The notes beneath the pieces are model-generated. The model had not been told where the DNA came from. It saw only the letters and a program-made list of their open reading frames with translations, and did no database searches. The position numbers and the translations under genes were made by a program. From NCBI RefSeq assembly GCF_006345805.1, contig NC_043005.1, forward strand, positions 89,714,001 to 89,778,000: DNA of 64,000 nt, read 5' to 3'. How positions within the stretch are numbered: the first letter of the stretch is position 1; each line of letters begins with the position of its first letter. This DNA comes from Octopus sinensis (lineage: Eukaryota). This document shows, piece after piece, positions 1-11,844 of this stretch.

Positions 1-1515
1 TCCATGAATAAATGGCAGACACTGCTACAGCTCCAAACAAAAGAAGGACTCATAAAAACCAAAGCCATTCTCATTAGAAGAGGAATATTCCAGGGAGACT
101 CGCTCTCTCCACCCCTTTTCTGCTTGGTACTGACACCTTTCTCTGACTTGCTAAACAGAACTGGATGCGGATACAAATGTTACGACAAAACAATCAGCAG
201 CCTTTTATACATGGATGACCTAAAACTGTATGCTACAAATGATAAACAGCTGGAAACATTAGTACAGACAGTAGATGGATTTACCAAAAAAATAAACATG
301 AAATTTGGCTCAGGAAAATGTACCAAAGTAACCTTGGAAAGAGGAAAACTAGTTAAGAGTAACAAGATCACACTAGATAAAGCAAATGAAATAAGAGAAT
401 TAGACCAAAGCCAGGCATACAAATACTTAGGAATCAATGAACTAGATACGATACAAAACACACAAATGAAAGAGAAAATAAAAAAAGGATACTGCAGATA
501 AGGTAGATTAATACAGAAAATGGAGCTCAATGCTAAAAACAAGATAATAGGTATCAACCCGCTACCTGTCCCAGTTATAAGTTACAGCTACAATATCCTT
601 ATCTGGACTCTAAATGAACTAATCAAAATAGACAGGAAAAAAACCCCATATGATTTAGGATGCACCACACAAGATCTGACATAGAAAGGTTATATATAGA
701 ATGTATAGAAGGTGGTAGAGGCCTTATACAGCTAGAAAACTATTACAAAATAACCACAATAGGCAACAGAAATACCTATTTCAGAAGCAAGGAAAACTAA
801 TACAAATAGTCACAAAACGCGAACAAAACAAAAGAAAAACTGTTTTCAGTCTTTAAGGAAGCTGACAAATACAAAAAAGAAGTCATAGTACCTAACAACT
901 ATGAAGAAGAAGAAGAAACAATAAAAGCTGTAAAACAGCTGAAATCCAAACCAAAACTGGACCAGCAACGGATCATGATAAAACGATGACAAGAAAAGCC
1001 CCATCATGGCGAATACTGGGTTAAACTAAACAGAAAATAAGCAGACAAAGCAAAATCTAAAGATTGGGTGAGAAGATCAGGGCTCAAAGCAGAGACTGAA
1101 GGATTTTTAATTACAGCACAAGACCAAAGCCTCCCACGAGATATTACGAAAAACATATAACGAAAAGAAACATAACAAGTAACTGCAGAATATATGGAGA
1201 TGGACAAGAAACGATAAACCATATTGTCTCAGGCTAAGAAGGAATATATTCATGGGCACGACAGAGTTGGGACCTATATACACTGGAAGCTATGCCAAGA
1301 CTATGGAATAACAACAGAAAAGAGATGGTATATGCATACACCAGAAAAGGTCACAGACAATGAGAAAGCAACCTCACTCTGCGATATGCCAATACACACA
1401 GATAGAGAAATTAAGGCCAATAGACCGGATATAATTATCGGAGATTATTAAAAAAATGCTTTTTAATCAATGTATCAATACCAACAGATGACAACGTTGG
1501 TATATTCCAACAAAA
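1..1515 (+). mobile_element. R4/Dong-type non-LTR retrotransposon, decayed RT to REL endonuclease region
   Basis: RGIFQGDSLSP, YMDDLKLY, HDRV..IHWKLC and ANRPDIII motifs across broken frames. Confidence 0.85.
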
Positions 1516-1556
1516 CCTGTGATAAAAAGAAATAATAATAATAATGATTTGTTTAC

Positions 1557-1783
1557 CTTTAGTGCCATAGAGGATGGGAAATATTCCAGCGATACAAATG
1601 ACTCCAGCCAAAACCATCATGCTAGTTTGCAATTTTTTTCTTCCAACACGATTTAACAGAAGGATGCACAGAATGTAGCCTGGAAACTCGGCAACCGAAT
1701 TCAAAAAATAATTCACGTAGAAATTGCCATACAATTTGCCAACATTAAGAGTAAGGCCGTAATATACCAAGCTCACAATCACC
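1557..1783 (-). CDS. SLC22: SLC22 exon 7 (gene continues beyond the window start)
   Basis: ttttatag| acceptor. Reads W-VIVSLVYYGLTLN...AEFPGY...NRVGRK. Donor G|gtaaa; 227 nt. Confidence 0.92.
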
Positions 1784-3329
1784 CTATAAAAAAGAAATAA
1801 AACATTTTATATAACGTACAAAAATGCACAAAAATTGCAGATCAAACCCTGGTTAGATGATTGCGTAATTTCTTAGAGAGAATTATGATAATTTGAACGT
1901 TGAGACCAACAGCAAGTAAAGTTATACAACTATCTGTCTAATATAGACAACTAAGACAACTCAACAGCTGAGACAGAGTTAGCCAATGAGAGCCAATTGA
2001 TGGGGGCAACTTTAGTGCGTTGGATAAATGGTGAGTAGATGGTTTGTATGTATATGTGGCCTTTTCTTTTAGTTTATGTGTGTATAGAGTGTTTATGTTT
2101 ATGGAGTAGAAAATATTGTGATAAGCAGAATTCACTGATTTGTCTGTAGTCTCTGACACTTGTTAGCCAACGGTAATTCTTAGTGAAATAGTTTTCTAAA
2201 TTTGATGAAGGGCCCTGCCTAAATCCTCATATCCTTCCTCTTCCTCACAGTAAAGAAATACCTAAAAAGGTTTGTCAGTTTGCCTCATGATTGCAGCAAA
2301 GTAGAAAAGGTGTTCCCCCAGATAGTGGTGAGCAGGGATATGGCCCAGGGGCTAAGAATGTTGGAAGTCTCCACTGCTACAGGCTTGACCACAAACCTGT
2401 TAAAGAGTGACCAATACTTTAATAACCTACTTTTAAAGGCATTAGACAAATTCAACACTTTTGCTACCATATTTTGCTAAAATACGTTAATTTTATCTGA
2501 ATGAGTTTTGAAAATAACGAAAAATTTAATGAAATAACTTACCCATAATTAAGCTGGCGTTTGGAGCACAAATTGACATGAAATTTTATCAGTAAATTTC
2601 AAATTAGGTCAAACAGGAAGTTTGTATGGAAGAACAAGAGACATTTTTATGTGGGATGACCCCTAATTTGCCATTTCTATATACGAAGACCACGAAGAAA
2701 TCTTGTGAAACAGAATTTATTTTAGCGAGATACCTATAGGAATCAGCTGAGAAGACACATCTACACCGTTGGATATACCTAAAACTAATGTTCGGAATCC
2801 CAGCCAAAAGGGACGAATGCTTGACGGGTTGAAACAACTGTAGTGATCAATAAACATTCCCGTAAATTCCATATTCTGTTTCTCTCATTAATCAAATATT
2901 AATATACATACATGAATAAAATCAAAATAAGCAACAAGATATCCAGAGGTGATGCAGTACGACCGTTCCAAGCGGCTCCATTTAATTGAACAATGCAATC
3001 ATTACATCAATTTAAATGCAGGGCTATCCTCAGTTGCATAAATAGATAAATAGCCCTGATGTAATGATTGCATTATTCAATTAAAGGAGCCACTTGAAAT
3101 GGTCGTACTGCATCACCTCTGGACATCCTGTTGCTTATTTGACTTTATTTACCTTATTTTGAAGTTGTACGGATAATATCACACTAATTTTTTATGCTTC
3201 AACTTAAGTACGTAATTCATCTGAATCTCAATTATTTTGCTTAACACATCAACAAAACCTATACAACACTTCTGGTACTTAACTTCAACAGGATGGAAAA
3301 GATAAATATGGAATTTTCTCAGAAGGACA

Positions 3330-3700
3330 TTCCCTTACATAATAATGATACCTAAATATGGCTGCTAATCCATAGGACAAATGAGTTTGTTTGGAGGATG
3401 AGGTGGATAGCTTACCATCATGAGACTAAGAAGAAAAATAGAATCTTAGAAACATATGATAAAAATTATTATAAAAAGATATTGAAAAGCAGAAAAAAAT
3501 CCTCCACCTAGCCCACGACTAGAAAATTTTTGAAAAAAACTTATTTGAACTAATAGCTAATGTAAAATTCAATGAATACCCACTTCGAAAAAAAAACCAA
3601 CTTACATCTGAGGAAACTTAGGCATTTATTGAATCATTGCAGAACAATCCAGAAATACTTGTACCAGCAGATAAAACTGGAAACTTCTTGTTGAAGTTTT
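3330..3700 (+). mobile_element. Possible Penelope-like ORF relic
   Basis: gtaccagcagataaaactggaaac = VPADKTGN resembles the PLE pre-RT ADK motif. Heavily decayed. Confidence 0.35.
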
Positions 3701-3989
3701 GTAGTACACTTATCCCAAGAACGCATACTTAAATTTTATGTATCTTCCATGAAAAGTAAATGTGTTTGCACTTTCAAAGAGGCTCTGTCCCGTGTTATAA
3801 ACCCTATGAAGGGGGTTAAATAATATTGTAAGATGGTTAAATTTTGGAAATCATCTTTATTTAGTACCTGGTAGTTATGTTGTTATTTTCATTGAAATCG
3901 GAGGTATCTGAAATTTCACAGGGGGTGTTTGCCCCACTTTAAGCACCTTAATGGCAATGGAAAGTAAATTTTATGTAGCTGATCGTCTT

Positions 3990-6512
3990 TCTCGTAAAAT
4001 TTTACATGAGAACACATACTTTGTCTTTACGTACCATCTACTCAACCTCACCAACGCCTTATTCATGGAGCAAGTTGTACTCAAACCAACTAGGGCGAAT
4101 AACATTCCGGATCTCTGATGTGAAAGTGACACCGACATTAGTTTTGGACCACAACATAATAGAGCTGTCTATGTTTGGGCCAAAAGTAACCAGAGATATA
4201 CAGCCTAAAGGAAGCACCCAAAATCTCTCCAATCTGAACTTCCACAAAGCAGATTGGAAATCGATCCAAAAAGAGATCCTCAGAGAGGACTGGCCGGAAT
4301 GTCTCTCCACACCAGACATTGACATGAAACTAGAATGTTTCATGTCTTCTGTGCAAGCTGTATGCCAGAAATATGTCCCAGAGCACAAGGCCAAAACAAA
4401 TAAGAGCAAGATTTGAAAAGACAGGAAGATCCTCGTGAGACGACGGACGAAGGTTGCAAATCGTCTCAACCAACATCCCAAAAGTAGCGAAACGTCCCGC
4501 CTAAAAACAACACTGATGGAGATCGAAAAAAGGCTGCAACAATCCTATGTGTGAGAGAAAGCAGACAAAGAAGCCTGGGTTATAAAAAACATTAAATCAA
4601 ACCCAAAGGCCTTCTTTTATTACGCGAAAGAAACAGTCTCAGTGCACTACAAGATAGGACCCCTCCGCCAAAAGGATGGCTCCCTCATAGACAGTCCAAC
4701 TAAGATCAGTAAGATGCTGAATGACCAGTTCAAAAGTGTCTTTACCATCCCATTGGAACACAGACAAGTGAACGAACCAGTGGACTTCTTTGCCGCCTCA
4801 CCTATAACCAGCGAGGCGGTTACAATAGAATGTACTGACATTAGCGAAGATGTCCTACTAGCCATAGATGAAGTGGACACAAACTCAACTGCTGGTCCAG
4901 ATGGTTTCCAGCAATCCTCCCCAAAGCGTGTAAGCATGCCCTGGCAAAACCCCTCAAGATTCTCTTCCAGAGCTTTCTTGCGAATGGCAAACTCCCAAGA
5001 AAGCTGAAGGAGGGAATAATATGCCCAATACATAAAGTGGGAAGTAGAGCAGATGCCAAAAACTATAGGCCTATCTCTCTGACTTCACACATCACCAAAG
5101 TCATGGAACAGATAGTCAGAAAGAAACTAATCGCATTCCTTGAGGAAAATAACTTGCTGAGTGATACTCAGCATGGTTTTCGACCAGGTAGGAGCTGCCT
5201 GACCCAGTTCTTACAACATTATGACTGGGTGTTGAGGCAGTTACTCAACAAATCAAATGTGGACGTAATCTACCTTGATTTTGCAAAAGCTTTTGACAAG
5301 GTGGATCATGGTATGATATGCCACAAACTGCGTGACCTCGGCATAGCTGGAAAACTTGGAGTGTGGTTACATGACTTCCCGAAAGATAGGAGTCAGGCAG
5401 TAGTGGTTAATGGAGCCGCCTCTATGAACACACAAATAGTGAGCGGTGTTCCACAGGGCACTGTCTTGGGACCACTGCTTTTTATAGTGGCCCTCTCAGA
5501 TATGCCCTCAGATATGCCCTCAAATGCCCGGATAGCCACTCATACGAAAGTCTCGCAGAAAATACAGAACCCCAGCGATGTTGCACACCTGCAGCAGGAG
5601 TTGGACTCAATCTACAGATGGGCTGAGGATAATAATATGCAGTTTAATGCTGAAAAATTCCAGGCCCTGCGCTACCAGCATCCAAAACTGAATATTAAAC
5701 TTACAGGATACACCGGTCCACAGGGAATTTCAATCCCAAAGCCTAAGTCTTTGAGGGACCTGGGTATCAACATGAGTGATGATACCTCTTTCCAAGTGCA
5801 CATTACCAGGATGGCGACAAAGTGCAGATGACTGGCTGGATGGATCCTAAGAACATTAAGAACCAGAGATAAGGAAACCATGATGGTCCTCTGGTAGACA
5901 TTCGTCCTCAGCCGCCTGGATTACTGCTCACAGCTATGGTCACCCACCAGTGTAAAATTAACAGCGGACCTTGAAACAATCCAGAGAAGATTCACAAAGA
6001 AGATCGTCTCTTTGGAACAGCTCAGCTACTGGGAAAGGTTGAAACAGCTAAGACTCTACTCCCTAGAGAGAAGACGGGAGAGGTATGCAGTAATATATGT
6101 CTGGAAGATCCTGGAAGGAATTGTGCCAAATTTTGGCATTGTAAGCCACACCAATGCTAGAATGGGACGACACTGCATAGTGCCAAAGATCCCAGCAATG
6201 CCATCACGCTTCAGGACCAACTTCTGCAACAGCCTGGGTTTTAAGTGCACACAGCTTTTTAATATTCTCCCAAAGAGTCTGAGGAACTTGCACAAAGTAG
6301 ATGTAGCAGTTTTTAAATCAAAGCTGAACACCTTCCTGTCGAGAGTCCCGAATGAACCTACCTCACGGCAAGAGGTGCAAATGAGAGTAGCTATGTCAAA
6401 CTCCATTCCTCACCAAGTGCCACATATTAGAGGAGGTTCTTCGTAATAACAGTGTAGCACAAAACGGCGGTGCATCAGCATGGCCGCAGCTCTAAGCTGA
6501 AACAAGCAAAAA
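3990..6512 (+). mobile_element. CR1/L2-clade LINE (family A), 5'-truncated, frameshifted
   Basis: NYRPISLTS, QHGFRPGRSC, DFAKAFDKVDH, GVPQGTVLGP, LYSLERRRERY. 3' tail gcatggccgcag...ctgaaacaag followed by (TA)n. Confidence 0.9.
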
Positions 6513-6603
6513 CAATATATATATATATATATAATAAATATATATATTTATAATAAATGCATATATTTATAAATATATATATATATATAATAAATATATA
6601 TAT

Positions 6604-6712
<109 letters not shown>

Positions 6713-6822
6713 ATAAGTATATATATATTATAAATATATATATATATAATAAATATATATATTTATAATAAATAAATAAATATATATATATATATAAGAA
6801 ATTTATATAAACTTAGATATGT

Positions 6823-8895
6823 TTTGACCAAAGATTGGTCCAGGCCATGTCTAACTTAATAGCACCACCTGATAGAATTATTTGAATCCTGTTTAATTCA
6901 AGTTGTGTTTATGGTCCATTCAAGTAGTGAGTTTTTGTTGGGTGAGTTGTATCCAATAATGGGTGGCTTATCTGGTATTCCTTGAAGGAATCTATCCAGA
7001 CTCCGTTTAAAGTTGATGGGATCCTTTTCCTCTTTGATCTCTTTCGGGACAATGTTAAATAAGGCAGGGCCTGTTGAAGAAAAGAAATTATGTTGCAGTG
7101 TACATGTACATGTATGCTGTGATCTTGAATTGGGCAGGGGACGTATGGCCCGTGGTCCCAGTCTTGGATGAACCTTGAAGCTAATGTTCAAGTTGGCGGT
7201 ATATTCTCCACATCGTACAAATGATGTACCGCTCACGGCGACACTGGAGAGAGTAGAGTTTCAAGGCTTTAAGGCGATCCCAATAATCGAGAGCAGCCAT
7301 GCCTTCAATTCGTTTTGTCTTGTATGGGGAGACCACAGTGGGCAGCAGTATTCGAGGTGTGGCCGTACAAAGGAGGAGAAAAGTGGTATGATGACACCTT
7401 GTTCTCTTGACTGGAAAGTTCTTAAGATCCAGGAACTCATCCTACGAGCTATATCGACCTTCTTGTTGATGTGTGCACTCTAACTGAGATCGTCATCAAC
7501 AATTACACCCAGGTCTCTGATATTGTTAGAGGCTGTGAGCGGTTCCCCTGAAGGAAGAGAGCATGGCTGTTTTAGTGAGGAATTTCTTCCAAAATGCATC
7601 AGCTCAAATTTTCCCTTGTTCAGTTGCATTTTGTTTCTGTCTGCCTATTGACTCACAGCATATAGATCAGACTGGAGTTGAGTTCGGTCTGCTCCTTCAT
7701 TGACGATTTGCTGGAGCTTAGTGTCATCAGCAAATATTTTCACTTTGCAGTAATGTACGACACTGGAAAGGTCGTTTATGTAGGATGGAAAATAGCACAG
7801 CGTCCCTTGTTGTTGGTGTCGCTGGGGCCAAATCTACAGTTGCCTTGAGAATAGTAATGGCAGACTGTTTGATGTGGGTGTGGTAGTGGTTTTTCTATTC
7901 TGGCAGGCTCGTTGGTCAGTGGTCCTATTGTAGTAACAGTAGCAGAGTGTTGTTGTTGTTGTTGTTGTTGTTGCTGTAGCAGCAGTGAAACTTGACTTGC
8001 AACAGTAGGGCTGGGTGGAATTGGGTCAGATACTGGTGCTAAACAAGGTGCTTCCAATGTAGTAGTAGAAGCAGTCTGTTGTTGTTGTGATAGTGAGTCC
8101 TGGCTTGCCAAGGTAGTGTTGGGTGGAATTAGGTCAGATGTTTGTTGTTGGCTATCGGGTCGTTGAAGTGACCCCTGACCTGTTGGAGTTGGGTCATTTG
8201 GTGCACTACATTCATTGACAAGGATGGCTTCTAGTGTTGCCATGTGCGTGTGGAAAATAGGAAATATTCTTACAGTCTCTTTTATTTTACTTTCGATCTG
8301 TTTTACAGATCTGTGAAAGGATTGTTTTGCTAATTTTTCAGCTATTTTACTGTAAACATTAGCTTCGTTGTGGTGAGTGTACCAAGCGTTTATCAGTGCA
8401 GTGATTTCATTTTCAACCCAGTGGCGTTTTTGAATATTATTGGCCATATTCAGTGGGACAGTATTATACATTGTACGTCAGTTAAATTGATGGCTTGATG
8501 TATAATAGTGAATACACCGTTGAAAAGTTTGTGTCGATATATTCGGAAATGCGTGGCTATATCTGAGTGTGCGTGGGAGAGTTCAGTGTATTTAGTACAA
8601 ATCAGGATGAGCGGTGTGTTTAATACATATCAAGAAAAAAGAATTGTACTCACGGGACTAGTTTTAGAACTAGTCTTGGGTTTAGTTTTGGTTTATATTT
8701 CTTTCTCCAGGTTGTATATAGATTTGTATAAATTTATCCTCCGATGGTAGTAAAAGAGTAGAATAGTAGAATTGTAGAATTCAAAAGTTCTGGGACTAAA
8801 AACAAGGAGAGTTTCTGCTGGGTTGAGTTGAAATATGCTTCTTTGGCTACTGACTTTGACCGGAGCTATGAAAAGTACGTCTTGTCACAACGAAT
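6823..8895 (-). mobile_element. CR1-clade LINE (family B), internally deleted: 5'UTR + ORF1 start joined to the RT C-terminal region
   Basis: ORF 8471-7776 with a CCCH finger (CHYYSQGNCRFG...CAIFHP) runs directly into RT remnants (ADDTK-like, HPRLGP, FKRSLDRFL). The 3' tail ggtggtgctattaagttagacatggcctggacc also occurs at about 23200. Confidence 0.75.
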
Positions 8896-8914
8896 GCCCA
8901 GCTACGTATATATC

Positions 8915-9327
8915 ATAATCATCATCATCATCGTTTAGCGTCCGCTTTCCATGCTAGCATGGGTTGGACGGTTCAACTGGGGTCTGGGAAGCCAGAAGGC
9001 TGCACCAGGCCCAGTTTGATCTGGCAATGTTTCTACGGCTGGATGCCCTTCCTAACGCCAACCATTCCATTAGTGTATTGGTTGTTTTTTACGTGCCACC
9101 GGCACAGGTGCCAGACAAGTCTGGCAAACGGCCAAGATCGGATGGTGCTTTTTATGTGCCACCGGCACGGGGGCCAGGCGAGGCTGGCAACGGTCACGAA
9201 CGGATGGTGCTTTTTACGTGCCACCGGCACGAGGCCAGTCGGGGCGGCGCTGGCAATGGCCATGAACGGATGGTGCTTTTTACGTGCCACCGGCACGGGG
9301 GCCAGGCGAGGCTGGCAACGGCCATGA

Positions 9328-9330
<3 letters not shown>
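8915..9330 (-). mobile_element. RTE LINE 3' end with about 60-bp tandem subrepeats and (GAT)n tail
   Basis: Matches the 3' ends of the RTE copies at 40440-40945 and 46268-46990. Confidence 0.75.
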
Positions 9331-9384
<54 letters not shown>

Positions 9385-9389
<5 letters not shown>

Positions 9390-10005
9390 TTTTATCCTTT
9401 TACTTGTTACAGCCATGCAACTGCAGTCATGCTGGGGCACCACCATGGTCCTCTTGATTTCCTCAGTCTGAGGTGTTTCACATCACCACTCCTGTATGTG
9501 CCTTCGTCCCAGCTGTTGACCCATTTGGTGTATAAGGGAGTTTGATTCCGCTTCCTTCATCCGTACCTCATGTCGGTCTGTTGGTTCATCCGATATTGTG
9601 GAGAGGAGGATGTCTAGTTTCTTTTTGAAGACATCTACTTCCACCTTATGCAGATTTCTTAATTTTTGTGGCAGAGCATTGAAGAGCTGTGCACCTTTGA
9701 ACCTGAAACTATTGCAGTACCTGGTCCTGAATTTAAATGGAGTGGATGGTACCTTTGGTACAATACAATAGTGGCCAGTTCTGGCATTTGTATAATTCTC
9801 AATGCTGAAATCAGGTACTAGCCCTTCTAGAATTTTCCATATGTGAATTAGAGAATATCTCTCACGCCTTTGCTCCAGGGAATAAAGTTGCAGTTTTCTC
9901 AGCCTATCCCTGTAGCTCATCCACTGCACTGTTTCAATCTTTTTAGTGTAGTGGTGTTGGACTGCTTCAAGCCCCAGTTAGTTTGGCACTATATGGCGAC
10001 CATAA
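9385..10005 (-). mobile_element. CR1 family A 3' fragment
   Basis: LQLYSLEQRRERY...FKKKLDILLSTISDEP is paralogous to 6012-6446 and has the same 3' tail type. Confidence 0.85.
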
Positions 10006-11844
10006 CTGGGAGCACTATATATATATATAGTGTTTATAAATGACCAATTAGTTGGTTGTTATATTTAACCAACTGACTAGCAAAAAAGAAGTGATATTGG
10101 ACCGGTGCATGTGTCATTATTGTTGGCATAATGACCCTCCCAAGACACAAGATGCATATGTGTGTGTGTGAGAGAGAGAGAGAAAGAGAGAGAGAGAAAC
10201 ATCCTATTCATAAAACTTAAACCCTGAATATTTTATAACTATACAGAAATTTAAATGTCAGACAGTTAAAGGACATACAATTCTCTACTTTCCATGGCAT
10301 CTGAAGTCTCATACTAACCTTTTAAAAGATACAATTTTTAAATGATCAGTGTTAATAACTATAGAGTTTCAATATATGCTATGTATTGCTGTGTAAAGGA
10401 GAGCAGTGAAAAAGTGTGTGTCTGTGTATGTGTGGATGACAAACAGAGAATGGGAAAGCTCAAGAGAGAAGAAAAACATAAGAAAAACTGAAGGAAAAAG
10501 AAACACAGAGTTCATCATCATAAATTGACATTTCTCTGCCTCACACTGACATTCTTACTCTATTACCAACTCCATTACAACTATCAGTATTTCAGCAGCC
10601 CTTTTCTTGAATCCTCTCCGTTTTAACCAAAAATGACCATGAACCCATGATTTTTTTTCTTTGTGTATTATTCTGGGGTGACTTTGTTTTCGGGTGCAAA
10701 TTTGGAAGCGATTTGTTGAGAAATGACATTGTTTCAAGACAAACAAACAAAACTCTTATCACTATAGATTTAAAACTACCATGCATATATCTCACTTCAA
10801 CATCATGAAAAATTTCATTTTCATTTAATGGAAACTACTTTGAGAGATAACAAGAAATCAAAGTCTGGAGTGGGGGGGGGGCAGGGTTAGAGTTGTGTAG
10901 ATATGTATGGGTGGTCTGAAAGTTACATTATTGACTAATCTTGTCTCATTTATTTTTGAGAAGGTCTGCTACACTAATTAGAAAAACTAGTATATTATTA
11001 CTGTTGTTGTTATTATTATTAGTAGCAGAATTATTAATAATAATGTTTAAAAAAATGGTCACTAAATTAACTTAAAAATGTGAATGATGAAACAGTAAGA
11101 ATGATATGGAGGTAGAATACTGAGAGAGAGGGAAATGTGAGAGACAGGACGACTGACATTTCCAAATTATATATGCATACATATAAGTATATGAAATAAA
11201 AATTTAATATTTTGATTCTGGTTTATAATTTTTCAATAAATAATTAGGATTTTAATAATAAACTAAAATAACATGTTTTCCTTCATTTTGAAAGTTTTCT
11301 TTTTCATTTTAGTTTAAATTTAGAAAAGCAAGTCTGCTATAAATGTTTAAATCCAAGATTGATGGTAGTTGCTGTTGTCCCTAGAAACCCCAAAACCCTT
11401 TTTACCATAAGTCTAATTTCAAAGATAAAGAGTGATTCTTCACTTAGGATTGTATGCCAAGTTGTGTCTAAGTCCTGGTCACAGTAAGTTTTATATATAT
11501 ATATTTTTTCAAGTCAGGTCAGAAGTAACTGTTTTCAGCAAATAATTTCAAGACCAAGGAAGGAGATGTAAAGAAGAAAAAAAAAAAAAAAGGAAAAAAA
11601 AAAGAATTTATGATTTTGTTTTGTAATTCTCCTCAACTTTAAATAAAGAGACTGGATGTCAGAAGCAGGAGAGAGGAAGGAGTGAAGAAACAAGCACATA
11701 AAATATTCCTTTGGTTGTTTCAGTGAAATTCATGAGAGGATGTCCAGCAGAGTCTTACTTAGACCTGATGTGATGTATGAGTTGAAATGGTCAACGGCAA
11801 TGCAGAAAGCAGTATCTCCTCCCCACCCCTAGTCGTTCTTGTCA

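Noticed and set aside
2742-2850. Hammerhead-like motif ending GAAACAACUGUA-GUGAU
   Set aside because: The core (CUGAGAA) and stems I and II are too degenerate to support. At most an eroded relic.
9085-9330. Repeat-spacer-like array resembling CRISPR
   Set aside because: Imperfect tandem subrepeats of the RTE 3'UTR, also at about 40620-40770 and 46430-46680. Eukaryotic context and no cas genes.
11571-11603. A-rich run as the GRAMD1 retrocopy poly(A) tail
   Set aside because: Wrong strand: it is poly(U) in the retrocopy's sense. No tail or TSD was identified.
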